Shown here piece after piece: positions 8,428 through 17,443 of a stretch of DNA of 64,000 nt (positions are counted from its first letter, which is position 1; every line of letters starts with the position of its first letter). Source of the stretch: a bacterium (lineage in GTDB: Bacteria > Patescibacteriota > Minisyncoccia > UBA6257 > 2-01-FULL-56-20); the NCBI GenBank assembly GCA_021827685.1, contig JAKAUM010000007.1, positions 9,842 through 73,841 of the forward strand, read 5' to 3'. The translations under genes were made by a program, and so were the position numbers. The notes below the pieces were generated by a model that saw only the letters and a list, made by a program, of their open reading frames with translations, searched no databases and was not told where the DNA came from.

Positions 8428-9716
8428 GTCGTGTCTCTTATCACTCCGACCACTTTATCCAACTCCATCGCATGGGAACCTTTCACTAAGATAAGATCCC
8501 CTTCGCGAACCGCCTGGCGCAGGGGTTTGGCGGCCTCATCCGCAACATCGAACGATTCTATCTTCGCCGCCTTCATGCCGCACTTCCGGGCGGCGTCCGC
8601 AATGAATCTGGCGCGGGGACCAACGGTGAACAGGAGATCGGCCGCGCCGGCCGCAAGGCGGCCGACTTCCTCGTGCGCCTCCGGCGCGTATTTTCCTATC
8701 TCCAGCATATCGCCGAGCACCGCAAGGCGGCGTTTTGCAGGAAGCTCGCCGAGCGCGGTGAGCGCCGCGCGCATGGAGAGCGGACTCGCGTTATATGAGT
8801 CGTCGATGACAAGAGAGTGCTTGATGCCGGGCAGGAGTTCCATCCGCGAGGATGCGGGCCTGTATCCGGCGAGCGCCTCGGAAATCTTAACGAGATTCAT
8901 GCCGAAAATCAATCCGGCGGCCGCGGCAGCGGCCGCGGCGTACGCCTGCGCCCTGCCGAACGCGCCCGGGATCCGCACCGGCACCGAACTCCCGGCAAAC
9001 TCCAGCCGGAAAGCGGTTCCGCGCGGCGTTCCGCCATCCATCCAATTCTCGAACCGCGCGATGCGGACATCGGCGCCTTTTTCGAATCCGTAAGTTACGG
9101 CGCGGGCGCGCGTGCGCGGCTCGAGCCGCATGACCGTATCGTCGTCGTGGTTCAAGACCGCGAACCCGGCCGCGGGCAGGCATTCGATAAGGCGGCCCTT
9201 TTCGCGCGCAACCGCTTCGGGACCGGAGTAGTATTCCAAGTGGGCGGGTGTTTCTCCGATGGCGGTCACGACGCTCGCATTCGGCCGCGCAATTCTCAAT
9301 AATTTTTTAATGTCGCCCGGACGGTCGGCTCCGTACTCTAAAACGAGAATTTCCGGATAGCCCGGGTCCTTTACGATGAGGCGGCGGGCGGACGAAAAAA
9401 TGACGCGGCACCAAAAGAAGGCCTTTCGGAGGCGGGCCGCGCCGGGCGGCGTTTCATGCGAAATAAGCGCAAGGTCGCGCGCGGGCCAATCCCCGAGAAT
9501 CGCGAGGGGAAGACCGAGGTCGTTGTTCAGGTTGCCCGCAGAGGCGCGGACGCGCGGCGTCCGGCCCCCGGAAAGCACCGCCGCGATTGCGAGCTTTGCA
9601 GACGTCTTTCCCACGCTCCCCGTAACGCCGATGACGGCCGGCCGGTAGCGGCGGATAGTGAGCCGCGCCAGGCCGCGCAGCAACCATCTGAGCAAATCGG
9701 TGTAAAAGCGTTTCAT
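8403..9716 (-). CDS. murF: UDP-N-acetylmuramoyl-tripeptide--D-Ala-D-Ala ligase
   Basis: GVTGSVGKTS, GNLNNDLGLPL, DDSYNASP, LGDMLEIG, LVKGS; dcw context. Confidence 0.92.
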   Translation of the reverse strand: MKRFYTDLLRWLLRGLARLTIRRYRPAVIGVTGSVGKTSAKLAIAAVLSGGRTPRVRASAGNLNNDLGLPLAILGDWPARDLALISHETPPGAARLRKAFFWCRVIFSSARRLIVKDPGYPEILVLEYGADRPGDIKKLLRIARPNASVVTAIGETPAHLEYYSGPEAVAREKGRLIECLPAAGFAVLNHDDDTVMRLEPRTRARAVTYGFEKGADVRIARFENWMDGGTPRGTAFRLEFAGSSVPVRIPGAFGRAQAYAAAAAAAAGLIFGMNLVKISEALAGYRPASSRMELLPGIKHSLVIDDSYNASPLSMRAALTALGELPAKRRLAVLGDMLEIGKYAPEAHEEVGRLAAGAADLLFTVGPRARFIADAARKCGMKAAKIESFDVADEAAKPLRQAVREGDLILVKGSHAMELDKVVGVIRDTTPSSSSPV

Positions 9717-9745
9717 TGACGATAATAAAAAGCGCCGCAGGCGGG

Positions 9746-11341
9746 CTACGGCCGATCCGGCGGGATATTGTAATAATTGATAATATATTGCGAAAGCTCC
9801 CTGAACGCGGGCACCACGCTCTCTGCCGCGAGCGAGTTCACGGACAATCCGTCGAGGCGGATGAATGCGATGAAGCGGGGGTTGGATGCGGGGCCGAACC
9901 CGATATAGGAATCCGAGAGCTCGTTTTCATACCCGCCGGTCTTTAGATTGGGAATATAGGCGCTCCCCGTCTTCCCCGCAAGAGCGTATCCCTTAATACT
10001 CGCGACGCCTGCGAGGTCGACGGCCGACACCATCATCTTCGTGACCGCGGCCGCCGTCGTCGTCGAGATGACGCGCCGGATTTCCTGCGGCTTCATTGAG
10101 GCGTCGAGGTACGGCCTCATGAGGACGCCGCCGGTCGCAATGGCTCCGACCGCCGCTACGAGTTCCACGGGAGTCATCGCGATCCCCTGGCCGTACGCCG
10201 CCGTGTCGAAGTCCACCTGCGGCGAACTCGGGTTGAGCTGGCGAAGATCTCCCGCAATCTCGCCCGGAAGATCTATTCCCGTTTTCATGCCGAGCCCGAA
10301 CGCTTTCATGTATTCGGTGAAAATCGCGTTCCCCATCTGATTTTCCAAGAAAATCGCCCCGGTATTGATGGAGTGCTCGATGATTTCCGTCATCGTGGTA
10401 CCCGGCCCGTAAGGCCCGTGAGTCAGGAGGTTGTAATTCGTGATGTGCGCGCCGTCGACGTTCACGTATCCTTTATCGTCATAGGTTTCATTCGGCATAA
10501 TCTTGCCCGAATTGATCCCCGCGGACATCGTGAGCACCTTTACGATCGATCCCGGCTCGTACACGCCCTGCATGGTCGGATTCACGAAATCCTTGACCGA
10601 AAACTTGCCGTAGTCATTCGGGTCGAAATCAGGATACGCGCCCATCGCGAGGATTTTTCCGGTCATAGGATCTTCGACGAGGACGTCTCCTCCGGTCGCG
10701 TTATTCGCCTTTATAAGGTTGTCCAGAATCTTTTCGGCTTCGATCTGCACATTCGGATCTATCGTCAAATCAACCTCGGTGCCCTGCGCCAGCGTGCTGT
10801 TGTAATATTCCTCGATTCCATAGTGGCCGCTCTCGCCGCCGTTCGCGGCGTTCGGCCCTACGTAGCCGATGACCTGCGAGGCCGTCTTGCCGAGCGGATA
10901 ATAGCGGCTCGGGAGATAATCAGCGTAGAGTCCCTTCATATTCAGGTCCGTGATCGCCTGCGCGACCGAAGGATCCGCCTTGCGGACAAGAAGCTCATAC
11001 TGGTCGTGCGGCCTTGAAAAAATCGCGGCGAGCGAGGCGGGCGACATTCCGAGAATCGGCGCCGCCTTTTCCGCCGCAAGCTGGGGATCCGCGATGGAGG
11101 CGGGGACGGCGTAAACTATGGGATATTCTTTTTCCACCGCTACGGGGAGGAGCGTTCCGTTCTTATCGGTGAACGCAATGGCGCCGCGGGCGCCGTTCAC
11201 GCCCTGCGCGGCGATTGCTTCGCTCTCCGCCCGCGCAAGATAAAAACCTCCCTGTTTTACCTGGAGGTCGTACATATGAAATGCAAGAAGTCCGAATGCG
11301 ACGGCGAACGCGCCGATCAATAATGAGAAGCGACTTGCCAT
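9746..11341 (-). CDS. Class B penicillin-binding protein (FtsI/PBP2 family)
   Basis: YEPGSIVK (SxxK), HSIN (SxN), AGKTGSA (KTG); N-terminal TM; dcw context. Confidence 0.92.
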   Translation of the reverse strand: MASRFSLLIGAFAVAFGLLAFHMYDLQVKQGGFYLARAESEAIAAQGVNGARGAIAFTDKNGTLLPVAVEKEYPIVYAVPASIADPQLAAEKAAPILGMSPASLAAIFSRPHDQYELLVRKADPSVAQAITDLNMKGLYADYLPSRYYPLGKTASQVIGYVGPNAANGGESGHYGIEEYYNSTLAQGTEVDLTIDPNVQIEAEKILDNLIKANNATGGDVLVEDPMTGKILAMGAYPDFDPNDYGKFSVKDFVNPTMQGVYEPGSIVKVLTMSAGINSGKIMPNETYDDKGYVNVDGAHITNYNLLTHGPYGPGTTMTEIIEHSINTGAIFLENQMGNAIFTEYMKAFGLGMKTGIDLPGEIAGDLRQLNPSSPQVDFDTAAYGQGIAMTPVELVAAVGAIATGGVLMRPYLDASMKPQEIRRVISTTTAAAVTKMMVSAVDLAGVASIKGYALAGKTGSAYIPNLKTGGYENELSDSYIGFGPASNPRFIAFIRLDGLSVNSLAAESVVPAFRELSQYIINYYNIPPDRP

Positions 11342-11631
11342 TGAGGTGCGGGGAAATACTCCGGATAATTATCGGCTACCAGGCCGTCGTTCGCAACGGC
11401 TGTGGATAATTCCGCGGCACTCAGCGACTGTACGATCGTGTTATTGAATGCGGTGCTTTGCGCGCCGATGGCATCGGCTTGCGCCCTCACCGACGCGAGA
11501 TTGTGGCCGAGGTTCACCGTGGCGTTATCGAGCCATACCATGGCGAATACCCCAATGACGCACGCGGCAACAAGCCCCGCAAGAATGCGGTTTACGATGC
11601 TGCCCTGTTGATTTGGTTGAAGATAAGTCAT
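11317..11631 (-). CDS. FtsL-like single-TM coiled-coil protein
   Basis: TM plus coiled coil, located between rsmH and ftsI. Confidence 0.6.
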   Translation of the reverse strand: MTYLQPNQQGSIVNRILAGLVAACVIGVFAMVWLDNATVNLGHNLASVRAQADAIGAQSTAFNNTIVQSLSAAELSTAVANDGLVADNYPEYFPAPQWQVASHY

Positions 11632-11642
11632 TTTAAAGAATT

Positions 11643-12566
11643 TCAGCGCATCACGGCCGTCCTGAGCTTCGCCGAGCGGCTGCGCGGGTTCCGCGCGACT
11701 TCCTCCCGCGACGGGGCGACCGGTTTTTTCGCCGTACGGGAGAGCGTCCCCTCTTTTTCCATCCGCAGGAACGCCTGCTTCACCGCGCGGTCCTCCAAGG
11801 AATGGAAGCTTATGATCGCCGCGCGGCCGCCAGGCCGGAGAATCCCGGCGAGCGCCCCCAGCGCACGATCCAGATTTTCAAGTTCCCCATTCGCATATAT
11901 CCTGAGCGCCTGGAATGTCCTTGTCGCGGGATCTATCCGGCCGCGCTCGTAATTCCGCGGGAGCGCCCGCCGCACGGCCTCCGCAAGCTCGCCGCTCGTC
12001 GTAATCGCCCCCTCGCGCTCCCGCGCCGCGATCGCCCTCGCGATGCGCCGCGAATGGCGTTCGCCGCCGAACCGGTAGATTATGTCCGCAAGTTCGGCTT
12101 CGCCCATGCCGCGAAGGAATTCCGCAAGGGGCCTCCGCGAATCGTCATAGGTCATGAGGAGCGGCTCGCCCGCGGCTTCGGGAAGGAAACTGAATCCCCT
12201 GCCCGATCCGGCGAGCTGATCCGAGGAAACGCCGAGATCGAGGAGCAGGCCGTCCGCCTTCCCCCATCCGGCGTCCGCGAGGATTTCGGGGAGGTCGGCG
12301 TAGTTGCCGCACGCGTATTTTTCAAGAACCGCGGCGGCGCGCGCCGGCTTCACGCCGCCCGAGGCGCGCCGCGCCGCCGCGCGCCGTTCGCGCGCCGCGA
12401 CCATCTCCGCATCCCAGTCAACGCCGAGGAATCTGCCTCCGGGCGCGATTTTTTGGATAATCGCTTCCGCATGGCCTCCCCCATCCACCGTGCCGTCGAT
12501 TATGAACTCGCCCGGCTTCGGATCGAGCGCCCGCACCGCTTCGTGTAAAAGAACCGGCTCGTGCAT
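11643..12566 (-). CDS. rsmH: 16S rRNA C1402 N4-methyltransferase
   Basis: MHEPVLL, DGTVDGGGHA, DLGVSS, ATRTFQALRI, ISFHSLEDR, NPRSRSAKLR. Confidence 0.96.
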   Translation of the reverse strand: MHEPVLLHEAVRALDPKPGEFIIDGTVDGGGHAEAIIQKIAPGGRFLGVDWDAEMVAARERRAAARRASGGVKPARAAAVLEKYACGNYADLPEILADAGWGKADGLLLDLGVSSDQLAGSGRGFSFLPEAAGEPLLMTYDDSRRPLAEFLRGMGEAELADIIYRFGGERHSRRIARAIAAREREGAITTSGELAEAVRRALPRNYERGRIDPATRTFQALRIYANGELENLDRALGALAGILRPGGRAAIISFHSLEDRAVKQAFLRMEKEGTLSRTAKKPVAPSREEVARNPRSRSAKLRTAVMR

Positions 12567-12591
12567 GATTCGGACAGGGCGCGCCGCCGGA

Positions 12592-13023
12592 TCAAATCCC
12601 GAGCTCTCCCAGCTTCTCGGCGATTTCTTCCGACGCGCTCTCGGTCTTCGCCTTGTAGGACTTCCATGCCGCTTCGTCCCATATCTCAATGCGGTTATAA
12701 AGGCCCGCGACGACGGCTTCCTTCTTAAGTCCTGCGTATTTCCGAAGATAGTCCGGAATCAGGATTCGTCCCTGGCTATCCGGCTCCACGTCCGACGCGC
12801 CCGCGAGCATAAGCCGTACGAACGCGCGCGAATTCGCCTGTGCAAGCGGCAGGGCGATAAGCTTCTTCGCGAGCGCATCCCATTCGGCATTCGCAAATAC
12901 AAAAAGACAACTGTCTATTCCGCGCGTGATGATGGCGCCGGCATTAAGTTTTTCGCGAAATTTGGCCGGAATCGCCACCCGACCTTTGATATCTAGATTG
13001 TGTTGGAATTCTCCTAAGAGCAT
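12592..13023 (-). CDS. mraZ: Transcriptional regulator MraZ
   Basis: GEFQHNLDIKGRVAIPAKFR, DSQGRILIP, RIEIWD. Confidence 0.96.
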   Translation of the reverse strand: MLLGEFQHNLDIKGRVAIPAKFREKLNAGAIITRGIDSCLFVFANAEWDALAKKLIALPLAQANSRAFVRLMLAGASDVEPDSQGRILIPDYLRKYAGLKKEAVVAGLYNRIEIWDEAAWKSYKAKTESASEEIAEKLGELGI

Positions 13024-13048
13024 TGGTTCTGCACAGAAGTGGCGGTTT

Positions 13049-13113
13049 ATCCCCAGATTTATCCACAATTCCCCACTTGCATATAACTATACGCCACTAA
13101 GATATAGTGTCAA
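13049..13113 (-). promoter_or_regulatory. dcw promoter with MraZ-box repeats
   Basis: TTGACA-16-TATAGT followed by GTGGGG/GTGGAT/CTGGGG repeats at 10-nt spacing upstream of mraZ. Confidence 0.7.
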
Positions 13114-13340
13114 ATATGGACTCCTAGTGAGGAAATGTCGCAAAAAGACAAGGTTTTCCCTAGCTTGTCCGTACCTGTACTATGGGATTATTCACATTTC
13201 CATTGCGCTCGCTTCTCTGCGCATGCTTTCTGACGTGAAACCCGGAGGGCATAATGCCATAAGGCATAATACAAAACGGCGCGCGCGGACGGTGAGGCGA
13301 GTCCTGAAACCGTGGCGGTTACACGGTATAATCGGAGGTA

Positions 13341-13835
13341 ATGGCGGGAAAATCGCGGAAACTGTATTTCGCCCCGGGGGATAGCACGCTCGGCGTTTTT
13401 GCCGGGGAAAGGTTCCGCAGGGGCGATTTCATTGTTCGGTTCACGGGAGCCATCTATGGCGTCAAAGATTTACCCCCTATCGTTAGGCCCCAGGATGACC
13501 GCTTTGTTCAGGTGGGAATACGCAAATACATGGGTCCCTCGGGTGGGGTTGATGATTATTTTAATCACTCTTGTAACCCTAATGCGGGTTTAACGTTCGT
13601 GACGGACAGTAAAATCAATTTGATCGCCATTAAAGACATATCTCCCGGCGAGGAAATCACATGGGATTACTCAACCACCATGGACGAAGATGATTGGGAG
13701 ATGAATTGCAAGTGCGGAGCGGCAAACTGTCGCCGCAGGATTAGAGATTTTAAATATCTTCCCCGCGCGATTCAGAAAAAATATGCCATGCTCGGCATCG
13801 TTCCGGCATACAATCTTGCCCATATGACCGCTTAA
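13341..13835 (+). CDS. SET-domain protein-lysine methyltransferase with post-SET motif
   Basis: GVFA, YFNHSCNPN, GEEITWDY, CKCGAANCR; TATAAT and GGAGG upstream. Confidence 0.9.
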   Translation: MAGKSRKLYFAPGDSTLGVFAGERFRRGDFIVRFTGAIYGVKDLPPIVRPQDDRFVQVGIRKYMGPSGGVDDYFNHSCNPNAGLTFVTDSKINLIAIKDISPGEEITWDYSTTMDEDDWEMNCKCGAANCRRRIRDFKYLPRAIQKKYAMLGIVPAYNLAHMTA

Positions 13836-13848
13836 GCTGCTTGAGCGG

Positions 13849-13920
13849 TGCGTCTTGCAGGGATCGAACCTGCGGCCTTCCCGATGTGAACGGGACGCTC
13901 TGCCACTGAGCTAAAGACGC
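13849..13920 (-). tRNA. tRNA-Val(CAC)
   Basis: GCGTCTT...AAGACGC-A; anticodon arm TCCCG-TT CAC AT-CGGGA. Confidence 0.93.
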
Positions 13921-13949
13921 GGAGGCGCCCCGCAAGGTGGGGCGTTTCT

Positions 13950-14318
13950 TTACTGCACTTCTACCGTAGCGCCGGCCTCCTCCAGCTTTTTCTTCATTTC
14001 GTCGGCTTCCTCTTTTTTCGCGCCTTCCTTGATCGGCTTGGGCGCGCTGTCCACGAGATCCTTGGCTTCTTTCAGGCCAAGCGTCGGATTCACCTCCCGA
14101 ACCGCCTTGATGACGGCGAGCTTGTTCGCGCCGCTCGATTTCAAGATCACGTTGAAGCTGGACTTTTCTTCGGCGGGCGCGCCCGCGCCTGCTCCTGCCG
14201 CCGCGACCGGCGCCGCGGCCGAGATGCCGAACTTTTCCTCAAGCTTCTTCACGAGCTCCGCGAGCTCGAGCGCCGAAAGGGATTCTATCTTTGTGATAAC
14301 GTCGTCGTAGTTTGCCAT
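13950..14318 (-). CDS. rplL: 50S ribosomal protein L7/L12
   Basis: [40 protein letters not shown]. Confidence 0.98.
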   Translation of the reverse strand: MANYDDVITKIESLSALELAELVKKLEEKFGISAAAPVAAAGAGAGAPAEEKSSFNVILKSSGANKLAVIKAVREVNPTLGLKEAKDLVDSAPKPIKEGAKKEEADEMKKKLEEAGATVEVQ

Positions 14319-14363
14319 TGGTTTATTCAATAATTTGATTCGCGACCTTTTATGCGCTCTTCC

Positions 14364-14921
14364 CTATTCCGCCGCCGCGGGCGCCGTTCCGGCTCCCGCC
14401 CCTGCGGATTTCGCTCTCTCGTTAAGAACGTACAGCAGGGATCTGATCGGTGCCGCAATCATTCCAAGGAGCTGGCCGAGGAGCGCCTCGCGCGGCGGGA
14501 GCTTGCCGATCATGGCAATCGTCGCCGCATCCACGGGCATATTCGCCGAGAGATCGTAGCCACCGAGAAGATGGCTCACCCACATGTTTTTATCGCCTCC
14601 TTCGGGCACTTCCAGCCCCGCAAAAAATTTGTAGGCCGTGCCCGCCGCCGCCTCGGTGCCTTTCGGCGAGAACAGCGTTCCGACGGAAACCTTAAAACGG
14701 GAAAGGTCGGCGCCCGCGATGCCCTTCTCTTTAAAAAGGATGCCGAGAAGCCGCTTTTTCACCACGAGCAGGGCGGCGCCGTTTTTCTTGAGCTCCATGC
14801 GCAGTTTCCGCGCGTCCTCCGTCCCTATCTTTGAAAAATCGGCGAAAAGAAGCGATCCTCCTTTTTCGAAAAGCCCGCGCGCCTTTGCGAGTTCTTCCTG
14901 TTTTCTTGCTTTGGTCTTCAT
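14364..14921 (-). CDS. rplJ: 50S ribosomal protein L10
   Basis: Upstream of rplL; LRMELK..GA.L.VVKKRL, LPPREALLGQLLGMI.AP. Confidence 0.92.
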   Translation of the reverse strand: MKTKARKQEELAKARGLFEKGGSLLFADFSKIGTEDARKLRMELKKNGAALLVVKKRLLGILFKEKGIAGADLSRFKVSVGTLFSPKGTEAAAGTAYKFFAGLEVPEGGDKNMWVSHLLGGYDLSANMPVDAATIAMIGKLPPREALLGQLLGMIAAPIRSLLYVLNERAKSAGAGAGTAPAAAE

Positions 14922-14944
14922 GATGGCGGGTAAGTGATTTTTGA

Positions 14945-15042
14945 TAAAACAAAAGCGGCACCCCAAAGCCGCAACGCTATTTCCTCGACAGGCCTTATTC
15001 CCTCTTTATGTAATCGATATGGGATGCCTGCGGTCTTTGGAA
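14945..15042 (-). promoter_or_regulatory. L10 leader (r-protein autoregulatory RNA)
   Basis: AAGACCGCAGG...AATAAGGCCTGTCGAGG resembles the L10 leader kink-turn consensus; lies in the rplJ 5' UTR downstream of TTGACA-16-TATAAT (15051-15078). Confidence 0.7.
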
Positions 15043-15136
15043 GCACTCCCATTATACCGGCCGCACGTTCCGTGTCAATAGCGTTCCGCCTACCGCTTCG
15101 GCGGGAACGATCGCCGCGATATTATCGCCTTGTCTG

Positions 15137-15223
15137 CGGAAGCGGGAGGATTCGAACCTCCGATGCCCTTTCGGGCATACCTGATTTCGAGTCAGGCCCA
15201 TTCAACCGCTCTGGCACGCTTCC
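15137..15223 (-). tRNA. tRNA-Ser(CGA)
   Basis: GGAAGCG...CGCTTCC-G; anticodon arm CCTGA-CT CGA AA-TCAGG; long variable arm. Confidence 0.94.
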
Positions 15224-15250
15224 ATGCGGTTCATTATAGGCAAACCGCGC

Positions 15251-15303
15251 AAAAATAAAAGCGGGCGGCCGCGCGTCGGAAATAATCCGACACGGCCGCC
15301 CGC
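15251..15303 (-). terminator. Intrinsic terminator after the 15322-15915 ORF
   Basis: GCGGGCGGCCG...CGGCCGCCCGC stem followed by TTTTATTTTT on minus strand. Confidence 0.65.
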
Positions 15304-15321
15304 AAGGGCTTCATGATAAAT

Positions 15322-15915
15322 CTAGACGACCCGCCCGAATATTTTTTCCGAGCGAATCAGCCGGGAAGCGGGTATGGCAAAATTAATCTGCCGTGCACCG
15401 CTCCTCAGGGCCCCTGATAATGCCCGTAGGTGCGGATGTTTTTGAACCATCGCACATATACGGGCGATCTTGCTTTCGATACCGGCGGCGGCCTCCAGGT
15501 CGCCGCGGCGGCGCGCAGCGTCTAGGTCCCGTCGTAAGCACCCGTTGTGCAGACAGCGGACCTGTCGGACTTCGGCCCCCGTAAATACGGGCGCACCGAT
15601 TTCCATCGACGAGCTGCCTCTCGCGTAGACGTAGTGACAGAGCCGCGGATCAATCTGCGGCAACTCTGCGAATGCGTTATCTGCCAAGGCCATCAGGCAC
15701 CTGCGCTCGGCAGGGAACGCGCCTCCGGCAGGAACCGGAAGCTCGCAGATCCATGCGGCACCGCTCAGAACAATGATGAGCGGCTCCTGGGAATCGGAAC
15801 GGAGATTCTTATAGCAAAACACTCCGTTCAGATATGCGAAAGCCGTATTCGCTACCGCGTTTAAGGACGTCGCAGGGTGCACCCCTGCGGTGATAGTGGA
15901 GTATTGCGATTGCAT
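15322..15915 (-). CDS. Hypothetical protein
   Basis: 197-aa ORF with AAGGA SD and downstream terminator; no family recognised. Confidence 0.55.
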   Translation of the reverse strand: MQSQYSTITAGVHPATSLNAVANTAFAYLNGVFCYKNLRSDSQEPLIIVLSGAAWICELPVPAGGAFPAERRCLMALADNAFAELPQIDPRLCHYVYARGSSSMEIGAPVFTGAEVRQVRCLHNGCLRRDLDAARRRGDLEAAAGIESKIARICAMVQKHPHLRALSGALRSGARQINFAIPASRLIRSEKIFGRVV

Positions 15916-16424
15916 ACATCCATCCTTTTTGTCGAGATCCGATACTTCGATACTGCCGTTGAGTATAAACCCATGGTTTGCAAAAAGGAAGTTTCGGGTG
16001 TCTCTATTTTACCAAGCTCGCACCTATTTTCAAAATCGGTAATGTGCCACGCGCGGAGCGCGTGGTGAAACGAAACTAAATCGCACGCTCTCCGCCCCGC
16101 CGCCCGCCTCCGCTATCGCTCCGGCGGCAACCTCGCAGAACATTTTCCCTTACAATTTTTCTTTTGCGCCCCCCTGGAAAAATTCAAAAAAGGAAAGGGA
16201 AATTTCTGCTCGGTTCCGCCCTCCAAGTTTTCGGGCGAGGCGGCGAGGATACCAACGCTCGGACGGCTCGGCATTCCTCCCCCAGCCCCCTCCTGCCGAG
16301 CCGTCCTCACTTCGGAGAGAGAAGATGATTCAGAATTTTCTGTTTGACTTAGAGACATGCATTTATACATGGATGCGGAGATGTTCTTCGCATTATGTAC
16401 CTTAACTCCAGAAAGGAGACTGCC

Positions 16425-16553
16425 ATGAAGAACTCCAAGAAGTTTTCTTGGAAAGTCACCTCCAGTGACAAGCCTCTTCCCGGCACGATCGTGTGTCAGG
16501 AACAGTGCAGTTCCGGTGGTGGCGGCAACGGCAAGTGTGGCACTCGCAAGTAA
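16425..16553 (+). CDS. 42-aa Cys/Gly-rich peptide (not in ORF track)
   Basis: GAAAGGAG SD 6 nt before ATG; MKNSKKFSWKVTSSDKPLPGTIVCQEQCSSGGGGNGKCGTRK*; terminator follows. Confidence 0.7.
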   Translation: MKNSKKFSWKVTSSDKPLPGTIVCQEQCSSGGGGNGKCGTRK

Positions 16554-16578
16554 CACAGTGCCTCGCTCGCTCCCTCAG

Positions 16579-16613
16579 AGCGCAACAACTCTCGAGATTG
16601 TTGCGCTTTTTTT
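16579..16613 (+). terminator. Intrinsic terminator of the peptide gene
   Basis: AGCGCAACAA-loop-TTGTTGCGCT then T-tract. Confidence 0.75.
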
Positions 16614-17424
16614 AGTTTGTTACCTCCATAAATCTTTTGGGGTCAGTTTTCATTAACTCTTCCCAAGATAGATTTTTGTTTCTATTTATAAACTCCTTGA
16701 CTAACCAGTAGCCCGTAGAATATCCGTTCCATTTTTTATATTTACCATTTCCAAATAAAAATTCTTTTATCACTTTTTGTTCTTTTGATTCTAGCGTGTT
16801 TTTATCTAAATCTTTTAGAATCTGAAAAGCTTCCTCTTTTTCTAATGCCCCCGCCCACTTTGTAGTTTTAGGATCAAAATATTGTTCCCTAAAATTTTCC
16901 GCCAATCCCTCCAGCAATATTTCATCTAAAAGTGTATAGCTATTAAAGTCATCGTAATGGTGATAGTAATAAATTGTATGATTTAGCTCGTGGGCGACAG
17001 TATTTTTGATAGATTCTTCCGAATATTCTTCTAAATTTATAAACAAATGAAAAACGCAACTATAAACAGCAACCGCCATTACGCCATCAAAAACTTTATC
17101 GTCTTTAGTCGTGAGATATGGATGGACAAAGATAAAATTCCTCGTCGGGACAGATAATTTCTCGTCGCACTTCTCGACAGTTTCCGAAATGACTTTTTCT
17201 ATCTCTGATTTTTGATCTTCGGAAATTTCCTTATACTGTTCAATATTCCCATTTCCAATATGATCTAGTAAGCCCTGCCTTAATAGTTCGATATCAGCAT
17301 AACCAGAATAATCAATACTACCTTGGTTTTTCATCAAGAAGATAATTGATTCAACAATCTCAGTTTTGTCTTTGAATTCTCCGTTTGGAAAATAGAATTC
17401 AACTCGTGATAAATCTTTACTCAT
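16612..17424 (-). CDS. DUF2268-like predicted Zn-dependent protease
   Basis: AHELNH (HExxH), EGLAENF, GYSTGY; strongly AT-rich codons. Confidence 0.82.
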   Translation of the reverse strand: MSKDLSRVEFYFPNGEFKDKTEIVESIIFLMKNQGSIDYSGYADIELLRQGLLDHIGNGNIEQYKEISEDQKSEIEKVISETVEKCDEKLSVPTRNFIFVHPYLTTKDDKVFDGVMAVAVYSCVFHLFINLEEYSEESIKNTVAHELNHTIYYYHHYDDFNSYTLLDEILLEGLAENFREQYFDPKTTKWAGALEKEEAFQILKDLDKNTLESKEQKVIKEFLFGNGKYKKWNGYSTGYWLVKEFINRNKNLSWEELMKTDPKRFMEVTN

Positions 17425-17443
17425 AACTTCATTTTAACAAAAT

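Noticed and set aside
16113-16556. 147-aa minus-strand ORF
   Set aside because: Antisense to the SD- and terminator-supported 42-aa peptide and runs through palindromic non-coding DNA
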